The position numbers and the translations under genes are program-made. DNA of 64,000 bases from Candidatus Aminicenantes bacterium (lineage in GTDB: Bacteria > Acidobacteriota > Aminicenantia > S016-38). This document shows positions 36,657 to 46,948 of the stretch, piece after piece (within the stretch, counting starts at the first letter, position 1; each line of letters starts with the position of its first letter). Under the pieces are notes generated by a model, which made no database searches, was not told where the DNA came from, and was given only the letters and a program-made list of their open reading frames with translations. The DNA lies in the NCBI GenBank assembly GCA_027025175.1, contig JALVRF010000127.1, forward strand, positions 16,140 to 80,139, written 5' to 3'.

Positions 36657-38204
36657 ATGAAGGAAATACTTGTTTTTGACGCAGAACTAATGGGGAACTA
36701 CGACCGCAGGGCAGAGGAAGAATACGGCATTTCCTCACTGATATTGATGGAAAATGCCGGGGGGTGGGTGGCCAAGAAAATCCTGGAGATGGAGGATGTT
36801 TTCGTGGTTACGGTGGTGGCCGGACCGGGAAACAACGGGGGAGATGGCATAGTTGTGGCGAGACATCTGCAGAACCACAGCCTTTCAGTTAATCTCATCC
36901 TTCTGGCCGCCCCGGAGAAACTAAAGGGAGACGCTAAAAAGAACTTTGAAATAGCCCAGAGGAGCGGCCTCAACATCTTTGTAGCCAGGACAGAAAGCGA
37001 GTGGGACGAACTTCTTCCCTTTATAGAAAGGGCGGATGTGGTGGTTGATGCCATCTTCGGAACAGGACTTAAGAGGGAGGTAAAGGGAATATTTGCCCGG
37101 GCCATAGAGGATATAAACCTTCTGGCACCAAGAATAGTGTCCGTGGACATTCCCTCAGGGGTCTCCTCGGAGGACGGTTCAGTAATGGGGCTTGCCGTGG
37201 AAGCGGATCTTACGGTCACCTTTGAAGCACTTAAGTTCGGCCACATATTTCCCCCGGGAGAGGGTTTCTGCGGAGACATAGAGGTGGTAAAGATAGGGAT
37301 TCCCTTAGATGCCTACGAAGGAGAGGAGCTGCCCTATCGCCTTACCTATCCTGAGGGCCTATTCCCGGCCAAATTATTAAGAAGGGAGCCAGATTCCCAC
37401 AAGGGGGATTATGGACATGTTCTTGTGGTGGCGGGAAGTCTTGGAAAAACAGGGGCTGCGGCCCTGGCCTCAATGGCAGCCCTTAAGGCAGGGGCTGGGC
37501 TGGTGACCCTCGCTGCACCAGCTGATGTCCTTTCCCTTATCCCCATTCCCCCTGAAATTATGATCTATCCCCTCCCTTCATCCAGCGGCAGGATAAACAG
37601 GAAGGCCATTGACCTTATTGAGGATATGCTTCAGGGAAAAACAGTCCTTGCTGCTGGGCCCGGGCTTGGGACATGGGAAGAAACTGGGGATTTTCTGGTG
37701 GAACTTTTAAGGAAAGCCAGCATTCCCAAAATCCTGGATGCCGATGCTCTGAACATTCTGGCTGCCAGGGGAGGAGAGATTCCAGGACACTCTCTCACCG
37801 TTCTTACTCCTCATCCAGGGGAATTTTCAAGGCTGACTGGAAAGCCCAAGGAGGAAAATTTAAGAAGAAGACTTGAGCAAGCCAGGGAATATGCTATAAA
37901 GCACGGGGTTTTCCTGGTGCTTAAAGGTTACAGAACCGTAATAGCCACCCCTGACGGGACGGCTTACATAAATTCCACAGGTAATCCTGGAATGGCAACC
38001 GGGGGAAGCGGGGATGTCCTTACAGGGATAATAGCAGGGTTTCTCGCCCAGGCCAACGAAGAGGAATTTGAGGAAGCCTTAGTGGAGGCAGTGGGTTATC
38101 ACGGATTGGCCGGAGATTTAGCTGCCTCAGAACTCACCCAGCCTTATCTTACCGCCGGGGACATAATTGAATACCTCTCAGAGGCCTTTAAGGAAAATGT
38201 CTGA
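36657..38204 (+). CDS. nnr: Bifunctional NAD(P)H-hydrate repair enzyme (NAD(P)HX epimerase/dehydratase)
   Basis: YjeF-N and carbohydrate-kinase-like YjeF-C domains. Confidence 0.85.
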   Translation: MKEILVFDAELMGNYDRRAEEEYGISSLILMENAGGWVAKKILEMEDVFVVTVVAGPGNNGGDGIVVARHLQNHSLSVNLILLAAPEKLKGDAKKNFEIAQRSGLNIFVARTESEWDELLPFIERADVVVDAIFGTGLKREVKGIFARAIEDINLLAPRIVSVDIPSGVSSEDGSVMGLAVEADLTVTFEALKFGHIFPPGEGFCGDIEVVKIGIPLDAYEGEELPYRLTYPEGLFPAKLLRREPDSHKGDYGHVLVVAGSLGKTGAAALASMAALKAGAGLVTLAAPADVLSLIPIPPEIMIYPLPSSSGRINRKAIDLIEDMLQGKTVLAAGPGLGTWEETGDFLVELLRKASIPKILDADALNILAARGGEIPGHSLTVLTPHPGEFSRLTGKPKEENLRRRLEQAREYAIKHGVFLVLKGYRTVIATPDGTAYINSTGNPGMATGGSGDVLTGIIAGFLAQANEEEFEEALVEAVGYHGLAGDLAASELTQPYLTAGDIIEYLSEAFKENV

Positions 38205-38619
38205 ATACCAATCCAGATCAGAGGAGGAAACGAAAAAAATAGGGGAAGAACTGGCAAGAAGCCTCAGGGGGGATGAGGTGGTGCTAATATACGGTCCCCT
38301 GGCCAGCGGAAAAACCGTATTTGTAAAGGGGATGGCAAGGGGGCTGGGTATAGATGAAGCCCTGGTCTCCTCCCCCAGTTTCACCGTTATGAACATTTAC
38401 TCAGGGGAAAAACTCCTTTTCCACTTAGACCTTTACAGAACCCGGGAAAGGGAACTGGAATTTCTCGGAATTGAGGATTTTTTAGGCATGGGGGTTTTAG
38501 CAGTGGAATGGGGGGAAAAGGCAGAGGGCCAGCCCTGGGCCAGCCCGGCCGTTAAGGTTCGCATATTTCCCCGGGGAGAAGACCGGGTTATAAAGATAGA
38601 AAGGCAGGTGAACACTTGA
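38167..38619 (+). CDS. tsaE: tRNA threonylcarbamoyladenosine biosynthesis protein TsaE
   Basis: P-loop LIYGPLASGKT; conserved pairing with yjeF. Confidence 0.8.
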   Translation: MNTSQRPLRKMSEYQSRSEEETKKIGEELARSLRGDEVVLIYGPLASGKTVFVKGMARGLGIDEALVSSPSFTVMNIYSGEKLLFHLDLYRTRERELEFLGIEDFLGMGVLAVEWGEKAEGQPWASPAVKVRIFPRGEDRVIKIERQVNT

Positions 38620-38864
38620 TTTTATTGGGATTACTCATGTTTTTCGCCGCCGCTGGTCTATTTTTGTTTTCACTCCTTTTCCTCAAACCCTTCACCCGCA
38701 GGAGAAAAAAGACCCTCCGCTTTGCCTACCTTCTTTCCTTTGCCGCCTTAGTGGTGGTCCTTTTTTCCCGCAAATACCTTACTCCATTAATGGTGGCCTC
38801 CTTCCTTTCCCTGCTGCTCAGTTACATAGCCTGGGAAGTTTCCCTTTACTTCCTCAGGAAATAA
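38616..38864 (+). CDS. Small membrane protein (2 TM), unknown
   Basis: TTG start overlapping the tsaE stop; an ATG at 38637 is also possible. Confidence 0.35.
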   Translation: MILLGLLMFFAAAGLFLFSLLFLKPFTRRRKKTLRFAYLLSFAALVVVLFSRKYLTPLMVASFLSLLLSYIAWEVSLYFLRK

Positions 38865-40530
38865 TCTTTATCTTTAATTCCCTGAGCTGGGCAGGGTCCA
38901 CGCTGGAAGGCGCACCTGTGAGAAGACATAGGGCAGATGTGGTTTTGGGAAAGGCGATAACATCCCTTATGGACTGCTCCCCTGCCGCCATCATTACCAT
39001 CCGGTCAAAGCCAAAGGCTATACCCCCATGGGGAGGGGCCCCGTGTTCCAGGGCCTGGAGAAGGAAGGAAAACCTCTCCTCCTCAACTCCCAGGATTTTA
39101 AGAATTTTCCTCTGAAGTTCGGCCCTGTGAATCCTTATGCTTCCCCCTCCTATTTCCACACCGTTGACCACCAAGTCATAGGCCCTGGCCCTTACCTTAA
39201 GGGGTTCCGCCTCCAGAATTTCTATATCCTCTTCCCTGGGGGAGGTGAAGGGATGGTGGTTGGAACTTATTTTTCCATCCTCGTCCAGTTCAAAAAGGGG
39301 AAAATCCACAACCCATACCGGGGAAAAACCCTTCAACTCCACTCCCTTTATTTCCGCAACCCTTTTCCTCAAATATCCCATAAACTTCTCCACCCCCTTC
39401 CCTGCCATGAAAATGGCCCCATCTCTCATTTCCAGCCCAAGTTCCTCTGCTATCTTCCCCCTCCAGGACTCGTCCCCTCTTAGGCTCCCTGAAAATCCTC
39501 CATCGCCCCTCTTAAGGAAAAGTATTCCCGCCGCTCCCATGGATTTTATTTCCCGCTCCAGGGTCTCAATCTGTTTCCTGGAAAGTCCACCAGGAATTTT
39601 CATCCCTAGAAATTTTCCCCCCTTTTCCAGGGCTGAGGCCACTATTCTGTTGCTCCCTGACGGAAATCGGGAAAGGTTCTTTATCTCGTAGGGTATCCTG
39701 AGGTCCGGGGCATCGGTGCCGTATTTTTCCATGGCCTGGGTATAGGATAGGACAGGAATGGTGGAAGGAATCTCTATTCCAGCCCGGGAAAAACTCTGTC
39801 GCAAAATTCCCTCTGCCACTTCCATAACATCCCTCTCCTGCGCGAAGCTCATTTCCAGGTCAATCTGGGTAAATTCCGGCTGACGGTCAGCCCTCAGGTC
39901 CTCGTCCCTGAAGCAGCGGGCGAACTGGAAATACCTTTCAAAACCCGAAATCATTAGAATTTGCTTGAAAAGCTGGGGAGATTGGGGAAGGGCGTAAAAC
40001 CTTCCCGGGTAATTCCTGGATGGCACAAGAAAATCCCTGGCCCCCTCGGGGGTGGATTTCGTCAAAATTGGAGTCTCTATTTCCCAAAAACCCTGGGAAT
40101 CCAGATAATTCCTCACCGCCAGGGCCATCCTGTGGCGGAGGAGGAAGTTTCTCTGCATCCTGGGCCTTCTAAGATCAATGTAGCGGTAGCGGAGCCTTAC
40201 CTCCTCGCTGGCCTCAATCACATCGTTTACCGGAAAAGGAGGTGTTCTGGAGGTGTTAAGAACCCGAAATTCCTCCACCTCAACCTCCACTTCCCCTGTG
40301 GGAAGTTCGGAATTTTTGGCTTCCCTTTCCCGGACCTTTCCCTTTACCTCCAGGACCCACTCTGGCCTCACATTCCTGAGTCGGTCCCCCACAAGTTGAA
40401 CCACTCCGCTGCGGTCCCTCAGGTCAACGAAGACCACCCCCCCTAAGTCCCTCACCCTCTGAACCCAGCCCCGGAGGAGAACTCTTTTACCCTCGTCCTT
40501 TAATCTTAATGAGCCACACCAGGTTCTCAT
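38854..40530 (-). CDS. aspS: Aspartyl-tRNA synthetase
   Basis: OB-fold, class II motifs (FRDE, GGIAFGFDR). Start trimmed to MRTWCGSLR at 40530. Confidence 0.9.
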   Translation of the reverse strand: MRTWCGSLRLKDEGKRVLLRGWVQRVRDLGGVVFVDLRDRSGVVQLVGDRLRNVRPEWVLEVKGKVREREAKNSELPTGEVEVEVEEFRVLNTSRTPPFPVNDVIEASEEVRLRYRYIDLRRPRMQRNFLLRHRMALAVRNYLDSQGFWEIETPILTKSTPEGARDFLVPSRNYPGRFYALPQSPQLFKQILMISGFERYFQFARCFRDEDLRADRQPEFTQIDLEMSFAQERDVMEVAEGILRQSFSRAGIEIPSTIPVLSYTQAMEKYGTDAPDLRIPYEIKNLSRFPSGSNRIVASALEKGGKFLGMKIPGGLSRKQIETLEREIKSMGAAGILFLKRGDGGFSGSLRGDESWRGKIAEELGLEMRDGAIFMAGKGVEKFMGYLRKRVAEIKGVELKGFSPVWVVDFPLFELDEDGKISSNHHPFTSPREEDIEILEAEPLKVRARAYDLVVNGVEIGGGSIRIHRAELQRKILKILGVEEERFSFLLQALEHGAPPHGGIAFGFDRMVMMAAGEQSIRDVIAFPKTTSALCLLTGAPSSVDPAQLRELKIKIIS

Positions 40531-40697
40531 CTGATTATGTACATTATCCAACCGAAAAGGATAGAACCCACCACCATCCACAGGAAGGATTTGAGGGCGT
40601 AAACAAGCCTCTCCTTTTTAGTCTCCTTCCTTATAATGGCAAGGTCCAGGGAGGCGGGAATTGAGAAAAGAAGAAGAACTAAAAGATAACTTTTCAT
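40527..40697 (-). CDS. Unannotated 56-aa membrane peptide MKSYLLVLLLFSIPASLDLAIIRKETKKERLVYALKSFLWMVVGSILFGWIMYIIR
   Basis: Its ATG overlaps the upstream gene stop (ATGA) and its TGA overlaps the aspS ATG (ATGA). Two hydrophobic segments. Confidence 0.4.
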   Translation of the reverse strand: MKSYLLVLLLFSIPASLDLAIIRKETKKERLVYALKSFLWMVVGSILFGWIMYIIR

Positions 40698-41059
40698 TTT
40701 TTACTCAGAATTGAGCCCACCCTGGCGGTAGCCAGATAGTTTATTAAACCTCCCCCCATGAGGAAGAAGGTTCCGTAATCGCTGGTCCATGTAACCTTTA
40801 TTTGGCTTCCCAGGCCAAAAATCTTTCCAAGGAAAAAGAGGATGCCGTTTCCCAACTGGGAAAAGGTGAGAAAAACGGTAAGGGGAGAACCCTCATTGGG
40901 TCCCACGAACCTTCCTCCCAGCATTAAACCCACGGCGAAAAAATAAACTATGGAAAAGAAGATTATGAGTCCATCCCTTTTCCTGCCCAGGAGGTAGAAT
41001 CCAGCCCCGGGCACGAACCACGCTAAAAGGACATAAAGCCAGGCTCTTTTTTCTTCCAT
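40694..41059 (-). CDS. Small polytopic membrane protein (TM2/PspC-like GxGxxYxG motif)
   Basis: LLAWFVPGAGFYLLGRKRDG plus 3 TM segments. Confidence 0.45.
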   Translation of the reverse strand: MEEKRAWLYVLLAWFVPGAGFYLLGRKRDGLIIFFSIVYFFAVGLMLGGRFVGPNEGSPLTVFLTFSQLGNGILFFLGKIFGLGSQIKVTWTSDYGTFFLMGGGLINYLATARVGSILSKK

Positions 41060-41105
41060 TAGCCTTTAATATAAACAAAAATTGCCCTGTTTTCAAGAAA
41101 AAGGC

Positions 41106-41111
41106 TAAAAT
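41106..41111 (+). promoter_or_regulatory. -10 hexamer (TAAAAT) 6 nt upstream of the ATG, leaderless-type; possible -35 TTGCCC 18 nt upstream
   Basis: TAAAAT then gatagc then the ATG at 41118. No SD. Confidence 0.4.
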
Positions 41112-41117
41112 GATAGC

Positions 41118-42245
41118 ATGAATACCTGGGACGCAATCATAATTGGCGGTGGAATTATAGGTCTTTCCACCGGTTATTATCTTGCCAGGAACGGTAAAAA
41201 GGTTTTACTCCTGGAGCGTAGAGAACTGGGAGCCGGTTCCACAAGCCGATGTATAGGGGGAATAAGACAACAGTTCTCCACCCCGGGTTCCATCCGTTTA
41301 GCCATGAAGTCCGTGGAACTCTTTTCCCGCATGGAAGAAGAATTCGGTTTCTCGGTGGAGTTTGCTCAGACCGGTTATCTTTTCCTGATTTTTACCGAGG
41401 AGCAAAAAAGGCATTTCCTTGAGGTTATGCAATTACAGAAATCCTTGGGACTTGAAGTTTATTTCCTGGAAAAGAAGGATGTGGAAGAACTGGTGCCGGG
41501 AATTGACTCGCGGGACCTGATGGGCGGTGTTTACTCCCCCAAGGACGGTCAGGCTTATCCCTTTGCAGTGCTCAAGGGAATGGCAGAAGGGATAATGAGC
41601 CAGGGAGGGGAGGTAAAACGAAGAACAGAAGTGGTGGGAATAATCCAGGAAGGGGGAAGGGTAAAGGGGGTTCTTACGGGCCGGGGAGAAAAGTTCTACG
41701 CTCCTGTGGTTGTAAATGCTGCGGGTCCCTGGGCGAAGCAGGTGGGTCAGATGGCAGACGTTGAACTTCCCACTGAACCGGAAAGGCACGAGGCCTTCAT
41801 AACAGCGAGACTCCCCTACAGAAAAATACCCATGATAGTAGATTACAGGCCCGACGGTGGGTATTTTCAACAGAGGATAAACGGTCAGATAATAGGCTGC
41901 TATACCCCAAAGCCCAGGGTTCCGGGGCCCAGGGAGGACTCATCCTTTGAATTCATTGGGGAAATGAGTTACAGGATTGTCAGGGTAATACCCTGGCTGA
42001 AAAATTCTCTGGTTCTAAGGCAGTGGGCCGGAGCCTATACCATGACCCCGGACGGCAGTCCTATAATTGACGAGACGGAACTTGAGGGTTTCTTCGTGGC
42101 CGTGGGCATGAGCGGTCACGGTTTCATGTTCGGACCGGCTGTAGGATGGAGTCTTGCAGGGAAAATCGTCCAGGACGAATGGCCCTTACCCATGGAGGAG
42201 TTTTCCCTCAGGAGGGAGTTTTCTTCTGAGGAGGCTCTGAAATAA
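41118..42245 (+). CDS. FAD-dependent oxidoreductase (DAO family; glycine oxidase / sarcosine oxidase beta-like)
   Basis: [19 protein letters not shown] GxGxxG dinucleotide motif. Confidence 0.75.
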   Translation: MNTWDAIIIGGGIIGLSTGYYLARNGKKVLLLERRELGAGSTSRCIGGIRQQFSTPGSIRLAMKSVELFSRMEEEFGFSVEFAQTGYLFLIFTEEQKRHFLEVMQLQKSLGLEVYFLEKKDVEELVPGIDSRDLMGGVYSPKDGQAYPFAVLKGMAEGIMSQGGEVKRRTEVVGIIQEGGRVKGVLTGRGEKFYAPVVVNAAGPWAKQVGQMADVELPTEPERHEAFITARLPYRKIPMIVDYRPDGGYFQQRINGQIIGCYTPKPRVPGPREDSSFEFIGEMSYRIVRVIPWLKNSLVLRQWAGAYTMTPDGSPIIDETELEGFFVAVGMSGHGFMFGPAVGWSLAGKIVQDEWPLPMEEFSLRREFSSEEALK

Positions 42246-43230
42246 GGCCTAATTTAGCCCTGACCTTGTCCTCTATTTCCTTCAACAACTTCGGCTTTTC
42301 GGCCAGGAGTTTTTTCACATTCTCTCTGCCCTGCCCCAGCCTCTCTTTGTTGTAGGAATACCAGGATCCTGCCTTTTCCACAATTCCAGCGGAGACCGCA
42401 GCGTCAAGGACATCTCCTATCTTGTCAATACCCTTTCCGTAAATGAGTTCAAGAATGGCTTCCCTGAAGGGGGGAGCCAATTTGTTCTTCACCACCTTTA
42501 TCTTAACCAGATTTCCTATGGTCCTGTCTCCCTGTTTAATTGAAGTCTGCCTTCTGACCTCCACCCTGATGGAGGAGTAAAACTTAAGGGCTCTTCCTCC
42601 AGGGGTTGTCTCGGGATTACCGAACATTACCCCTATCTTTTCTCTTACCTGGTTTATAAAGATAAGGGCAGTGTTGGACTTGTTCACTATGCCGGCGAGT
42701 TTCCTCAGGGCCTGGCTCATGAGTCTGGCCATAAGCCCCATATGGGCATCTCCCATTTCACCTTCCAGTTCCGACTTGGGAACCAGGGCTGCCACCGAAT
42801 CCACCACGATTACATCGATAGCCCCGCTCCTTACGAGAATTTCAGCAATCTCCAGGGCCTGTTCCCCATAATCGGGCTGAGAAATCAAGAGGTCCTCCAC
42901 ATTTACCCCCAGAGAACGAGCATAATTGGGATCCAGAGCATGTTCGGCATCTATAAAGGCTGCCTTTCCTCCGAGTTTCTGGGCCTCTGCTATTACATGC
43001 AGAGCCAATGTGGTCTTTCCCGAGGATTCCTGACCGTATATCTCAGAAATTCTTCCCCTGGGAAAACCTCCTATCCCTAAGGCGGCGTCAAGACTTATAC
43101 TTCCAGAAGGTATTACGTCTATCTTGACATGGGCGCCCTTCTCGCCGAGTTTCATAATGGAACCCTTCCCGAAGGTCCTCTCTATGTAATCCATAGCCGC
43201 CCTGAGTTTCTTCTCCCTGTCCTGGTCCAT
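42208..43230 (-). CDS. recA: Recombinase RecA
   Basis: [22 protein letters not shown], and the loop L1/L2 regions. Confidence 0.95.
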   Translation of the reverse strand: MDQDREKKLRAAMDYIERTFGKGSIMKLGEKGAHVKIDVIPSGSISLDAALGIGGFPRGRISEIYGQESSGKTTLALHVIAEAQKLGGKAAFIDAEHALDPNYARSLGVNVEDLLISQPDYGEQALEIAEILVRSGAIDVIVVDSVAALVPKSELEGEMGDAHMGLMARLMSQALRKLAGIVNKSNTALIFINQVREKIGVMFGNPETTPGGRALKFYSSIRVEVRRQTSIKQGDRTIGNLVKIKVVKNKLAPPFREAILELIYGKGIDKIGDVLDAAVSAGIVEKAGSWYSYNKERLGQGRENVKKLLAEKPKLLKEIEDKVRAKLGLISEPPQKKTPS

Positions 43231-43231
43231 C

Positions 43232-45544
43232 TTACCCTCCTAAGATTTTCTTGGTAATTAATTTAAGTTCCCCAAGAGCCTCCCCGGCACTCTGGAATCT
43301 CTTGCCCCTTTCCTTCTCCAGGCATTTCATGATAAAACGATCCAGGGATTCAGGAATGCCCGGGCGATATGTTGAAGGGGGGAGAGGGGACTCTTCTATA
43401 TGTTTTTTCATAACCTCAACCCTGTCCTTTCCCAGAAATGGAGGCCTGCTGGCCAGAAGGTGGTAAAGGGTTGCCCCTGCGGAATAAATGTCGCTCCTTT
43501 CGTCTACCGTAGAGCCCATGCATTGCTCCGGCGACATATAAAAGGGAGTACCGGATATCTTGCCCTTCTCCTTTTCTATTTCGGATGCCAGAACAGCAAG
43601 GCCGAAGTCCATAACCTTTAATTTCTTATCCTTGGTGAGCATTATGTTCTGTGGCTTTATGTCCCTGTGAATTACACCGTTCCTGTGGGCATATTGAAGT
43701 GCCGAGAAAAGCTTTGAAGCCACGAAAAGAACCTGTTTTATGGTAAATTTTCCCTTTTCCTTAAGGTAATCCAGAAGGGTTTTACCTTCAATATATTCCA
43801 TAGCAATAAAGTAGCGGTCGTTAAATTTTCCCACATCGTATATTATCACTATGTTGGGATGGGAAAGTTTGGCAGCGGTTTTTGCCTCAGCCAGGAATCT
43901 CTCTATGGCCCTCTTGTTGAGGTCCAGTTCCTTTTTAAGAAGTTTAAGGGCTACGGTCCTGTTGAGAACAGTATCCTCTGCCTTGTAAACAGAGCCCATT
44001 CCTCCCTTCCCTATAAGGGCGATGATTCTGTATCTCTTCTGAGGCTGGGAAGTCTTCTCCTCAAGTTCCTTCAACTTGTTAACTGCCTGGGCTAACTTTT
44101 GCATCCTTTCCTTGGCATCAAGATAGTTTATGTCAAGGCTGCTTACTGATTTGAACATTTTATAGGCTTCCTGATATCTACCCTGTGCTTCCGCTATAAG
44201 TCCCAGAAAATAATATATGTCCAGGTTTGACTTGGATATGGGTTCCCCCTTAAGGGCGATTTTAAACCTCTCTTCTGCAAGTTCGTATTCCTTTTTGTCC
44301 AGGAATAGTTTTCCCAGCATAAAACTGGCTCTTTCAAATTCAGGATCCTGCCTCTCCACCTTCTGGAGATTCTCTATGGCTAATTCCTCATCTCCAAGGT
44401 AATAATAGGCTATGGAACCGGCCTGGAACCAGTTTCTCCCCTTCCTGAACATGGACTCTGCCCTGCGATATAATTCATCCTTTTTACCACTATCAATTTC
44501 TTTGTCAGCCATTTCTTTGAGAATTTCCCCTGCCTTTGAGAATTCGCCGGCCTTCTCAAAGGCAAACAGGGCTTTGTCAGGTTGCCCGGCCAACCTATAA
44601 AGTTCCCCTGCCTTGTTCCAGAGGCCATCTTTAGAGTAGCATTCGGCCGCCTTTTTCAATTCACCGTTCCATTCGTAGAGTTCTGCAGCCCTGCCGTAAT
44701 CCCCTGCAAGTTCAAAGTGTTCTGCTGCTTTAAGGTGCTGGCCCTCACTGAGATAATATTCACCCAGCAACATATTAGCCTTTCCATGTTCTCCAGATTT
44801 CTTGTATAGTTCGGCTGCCTTTTCAAATAAGCCTGCTTCCTCATATTCCCGGGCTGCCTCGGTAAAATTTCCTTTTCTGTTCAGAATTTCCGCTGCCTTA
44901 TCGTGCCATTTAACCTTCCTGGCCAGGGAAAGTGCCTTTTCCACATTTCCGGCCTGTTCATAAAGATCAATGGCCTTCTGAAGTGCAATCCGGGCCGATG
45001 GTTTTAACTCCCTGGCGTCGAGGAAAATCTGATCCACCCAGTTCTCAAAGCACCATGCGGCCTTATCGGGCTTCCCCGCCTTTTCATAGCACACCCCTGC
45101 CCGATCCAGCAATCCTATGGATTCGTAAAGGGAGGCGGCTCTTTCCCATATACCGTGCTTTTCGAGAAGTTGAGCCGCTTCCTGTCGTCTGCCAACATCC
45201 TCATAGGTCTGGGCTGCTTTTTTAACGTCCTTGAGTTCGTTCAGATAAATTCTGACCGCCATTTCATAATCGCCGCTCTCCTGGTACAGGGCCGCAGCTT
45301 TTTTTAGCATCCCATTTTCTTCGTACATGGAGGCTGCTTCGCTTAGCAATCCTGCTTTTCTGTACATTTCCTCCGCTTTCTCCAGCATTCCAAGTTCTCT
45401 ATAATGGGAGGCGGCGTCCTGATATCTTTCCTCTTTTTCTGACCTTTTAGCTGCCCTTAATTTGGCCTCTTTTTTTCCAAAGAAAAAACCAACCAGTTTC
45501 TCTATCCCCTTAAGATCTCCGGTTTTTTCTTCCCTTTCTGGCAA
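43232..45544 (-). CDS. Ser/Thr protein kinase with an N-terminal TPR/Sel1-like repeat array
   Basis: Kinase subdomains [33 protein letters not shown] in the C-terminal half; about 12 TPR-like repeats in the N-terminal half. TTG start with GGAGG RBS. Confidence 0.8.
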   Translation of the reverse strand: MPEREEKTGDLKGIEKLVGFFFGKKEAKLRAAKRSEKEERYQDAASHYRELGMLEKAEEMYRKAGLLSEAASMYEENGMLKKAAALYQESGDYEMAVRIYLNELKDVKKAAQTYEDVGRRQEAAQLLEKHGIWERAASLYESIGLLDRAGVCYEKAGKPDKAAWCFENWVDQIFLDARELKPSARIALQKAIDLYEQAGNVEKALSLARKVKWHDKAAEILNRKGNFTEAAREYEEAGLFEKAAELYKKSGEHGKANMLLGEYYLSEGQHLKAAEHFELAGDYGRAAELYEWNGELKKAAECYSKDGLWNKAGELYRLAGQPDKALFAFEKAGEFSKAGEILKEMADKEIDSGKKDELYRRAESMFRKGRNWFQAGSIAYYYLGDEELAIENLQKVERQDPEFERASFMLGKLFLDKKEYELAEERFKIALKGEPISKSNLDIYYFLGLIAEAQGRYQEAYKMFKSVSSLDINYLDAKERMQKLAQAVNKLKELEEKTSQPQKRYRIIALIGKGGMGSVYKAEDTVLNRTVALKLLKKELDLNKRAIERFLAEAKTAAKLSHPNIVIIYDVGKFNDRYFIAMEYIEGKTLLDYLKEKGKFTIKQVLFVASKLFSALQYAHRNGVIHRDIKPQNIMLTKDKKLKVMDFGLAVLASEIEKEKGKISGTPFYMSPEQCMGSTVDERSDIYSAGATLYHLLASRPPFLGKDRVEVMKKHIEESPLPPSTYRPGIPESLDRFIMKCLEKERGKRFQSAGEALGELKLITKKILGG

Positions 45545-45607
45545 AAAGACCTCCTTTCTATGCTATTAAAAAGTATGCCATCTATGGGAAAAACTGTCAA
45601 TTAATGC

Positions 45608-46933
45608 CTATTTTACATACCCCAGGCTCTTTAGGTTTTCCAGGGTTTTTCCGGATATCTTCCTTTTTCCCTGGTTTCCCCTGAATTTTTTGCTCCTCTT
45701 AATGTAATGATGAAGGAGCCTGTCTCTGAGCCTTGTAAGTCTGGAAATTTCCAGGCTCACCAGTGGAAGGGTTTTCTCCTCCTGGGGGTCTATGGAAATA
45801 TTAAAGAGATAGAAGGGAGAAAGACCAAGATTCCTCTGAGCCCTGCGGGAGATAAATATTAGTTTTTTAGGAAAACTAATAACCGCATTCCCCTGAAGGC
45901 CAAGTATGAGAAGTTTTCTGTTCTTTATGGGCCTAAGCATGCTTTTGCCTGTCAATTTATAGGGAAATTCTATGCTCAGGATTTCGCCTATGGTGGGAGA
46001 AATGTCCATAAGGCTAACAGGAGATTTTACCCTACGGGGTTTTTCCCAGGGTAGGTAAACCACCATGGGTATCCTCACCGAGGAATTGAAGGGAAGAGGA
46101 CCATGGTCAAAGAAAAGGTTGTGTTCCCCCAGTTCCTCCCCGTGGTCTGCGGAAATAAAAACCATCGTATTTTTAAGGAGTCCTGTTTTTGCCAGTTCTT
46201 CAAGAACCTTTCCCACATAAAAATCAACTTTCCTTATTTCCCCATCGTAACGGGAAATGTAATAGCCGGAAAAAGGATGGCGGTCCAGGTGAACCCAGTT
46301 ACCTTGCCCCACCACCACTTTATTTTTAACCTCCCTGATGTCAAAACCCTTATCCTCCCGGGGAATCCATTTCTCCTCGGGCTGGTAGGGGGCATGGGGG
46401 TCTATGTAATGGAGCCACAGGAAAAATTTCCTGTTCTTATTTTTCCTTATGAAATCTATGGCAGACCCTGTTATGAGGGCCGCAGAACCCTCCTTGTCAT
46501 TCCCGTTCCTTTTCCAGACCTCGTCGTAAAAATCAAATCCCTGGGCAAAACCGAAAACCCTATCTAAATTGCCATTAAAAACCGAGGCCCCTGTTATATA
46601 TCCCTTTTTCTTTAAAGCCTCCGCCAGGGTAAAAAACTCCTCCCTCAATGTGCCCAGATTGGGCTTGATTTTAAGAACAGTGGGATGTAATCCTGTTAAC
46701 ATAGAGGCTAAGGAAGCCGAAGTTTTTGGTATGGCGCAGAAGGCATTCTGGTATACCAGGGCCCGGGAAGCGAATTTATCAATATTGGGTGAAGTTCTAT
46801 AACCATATCCGTAAAGGGAAAGGTGGTCTGCCCTGAGGGCGTCAATGGTTATAATTATTACATTGGATTTTCTGTGCCCTCCGCAGGATATCCCCAATAA
46901 CCCAATCAGGGAAATAATCAAAATTTTTCTCAT
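45608..46933 (-). CDS. Alkaline-phosphatase-superfamily (sulfatase-like) hydrolase, lipoprotein signal
   Basis: NVIIITIDALRADHL metal-binding motif. CAIPKT in place of the canonical CxPxR, so probably not an FGly sulfatase. Confidence 0.65.
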   Translation of the reverse strand: MRKILIISLIGLLGISCGGHRKSNVIIITIDALRADHLSLYGYGYRTSPNIDKFASRALVYQNAFCAIPKTSASLASMLTGLHPTVLKIKPNLGTLREEFFTLAEALKKKGYITGASVFNGNLDRVFGFAQGFDFYDEVWKRNGNDKEGSAALITGSAIDFIRKNKNRKFFLWLHYIDPHAPYQPEEKWIPREDKGFDIREVKNKVVVGQGNWVHLDRHPFSGYYISRYDGEIRKVDFYVGKVLEELAKTGLLKNTMVFISADHGEELGEHNLFFDHGPLPFNSSVRIPMVVYLPWEKPRRVKSPVSLMDISPTIGEILSIEFPYKLTGKSMLRPIKNRKLLILGLQGNAVISFPKKLIFISRRAQRNLGLSPFYLFNISIDPQEEKTLPLVSLEISRLTRLRDRLLHHYIKRSKKFRGNQGKRKISGKTLENLKSLGYVK

Positions 46934-46939
46934 ACTTAA

Positions 46940-46945
46940 ATTATA
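46940..46945 (-). promoter_or_regulatory. -10 hexamer (TATAAT on the minus strand) 6 nt upstream of the ATG, leaderless-type
   Basis: Minus strand reads TATAAT-ttaagt-ATG (ATG at 46933). Confidence 0.4.
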
Positions 46946-46948
46946 CCC

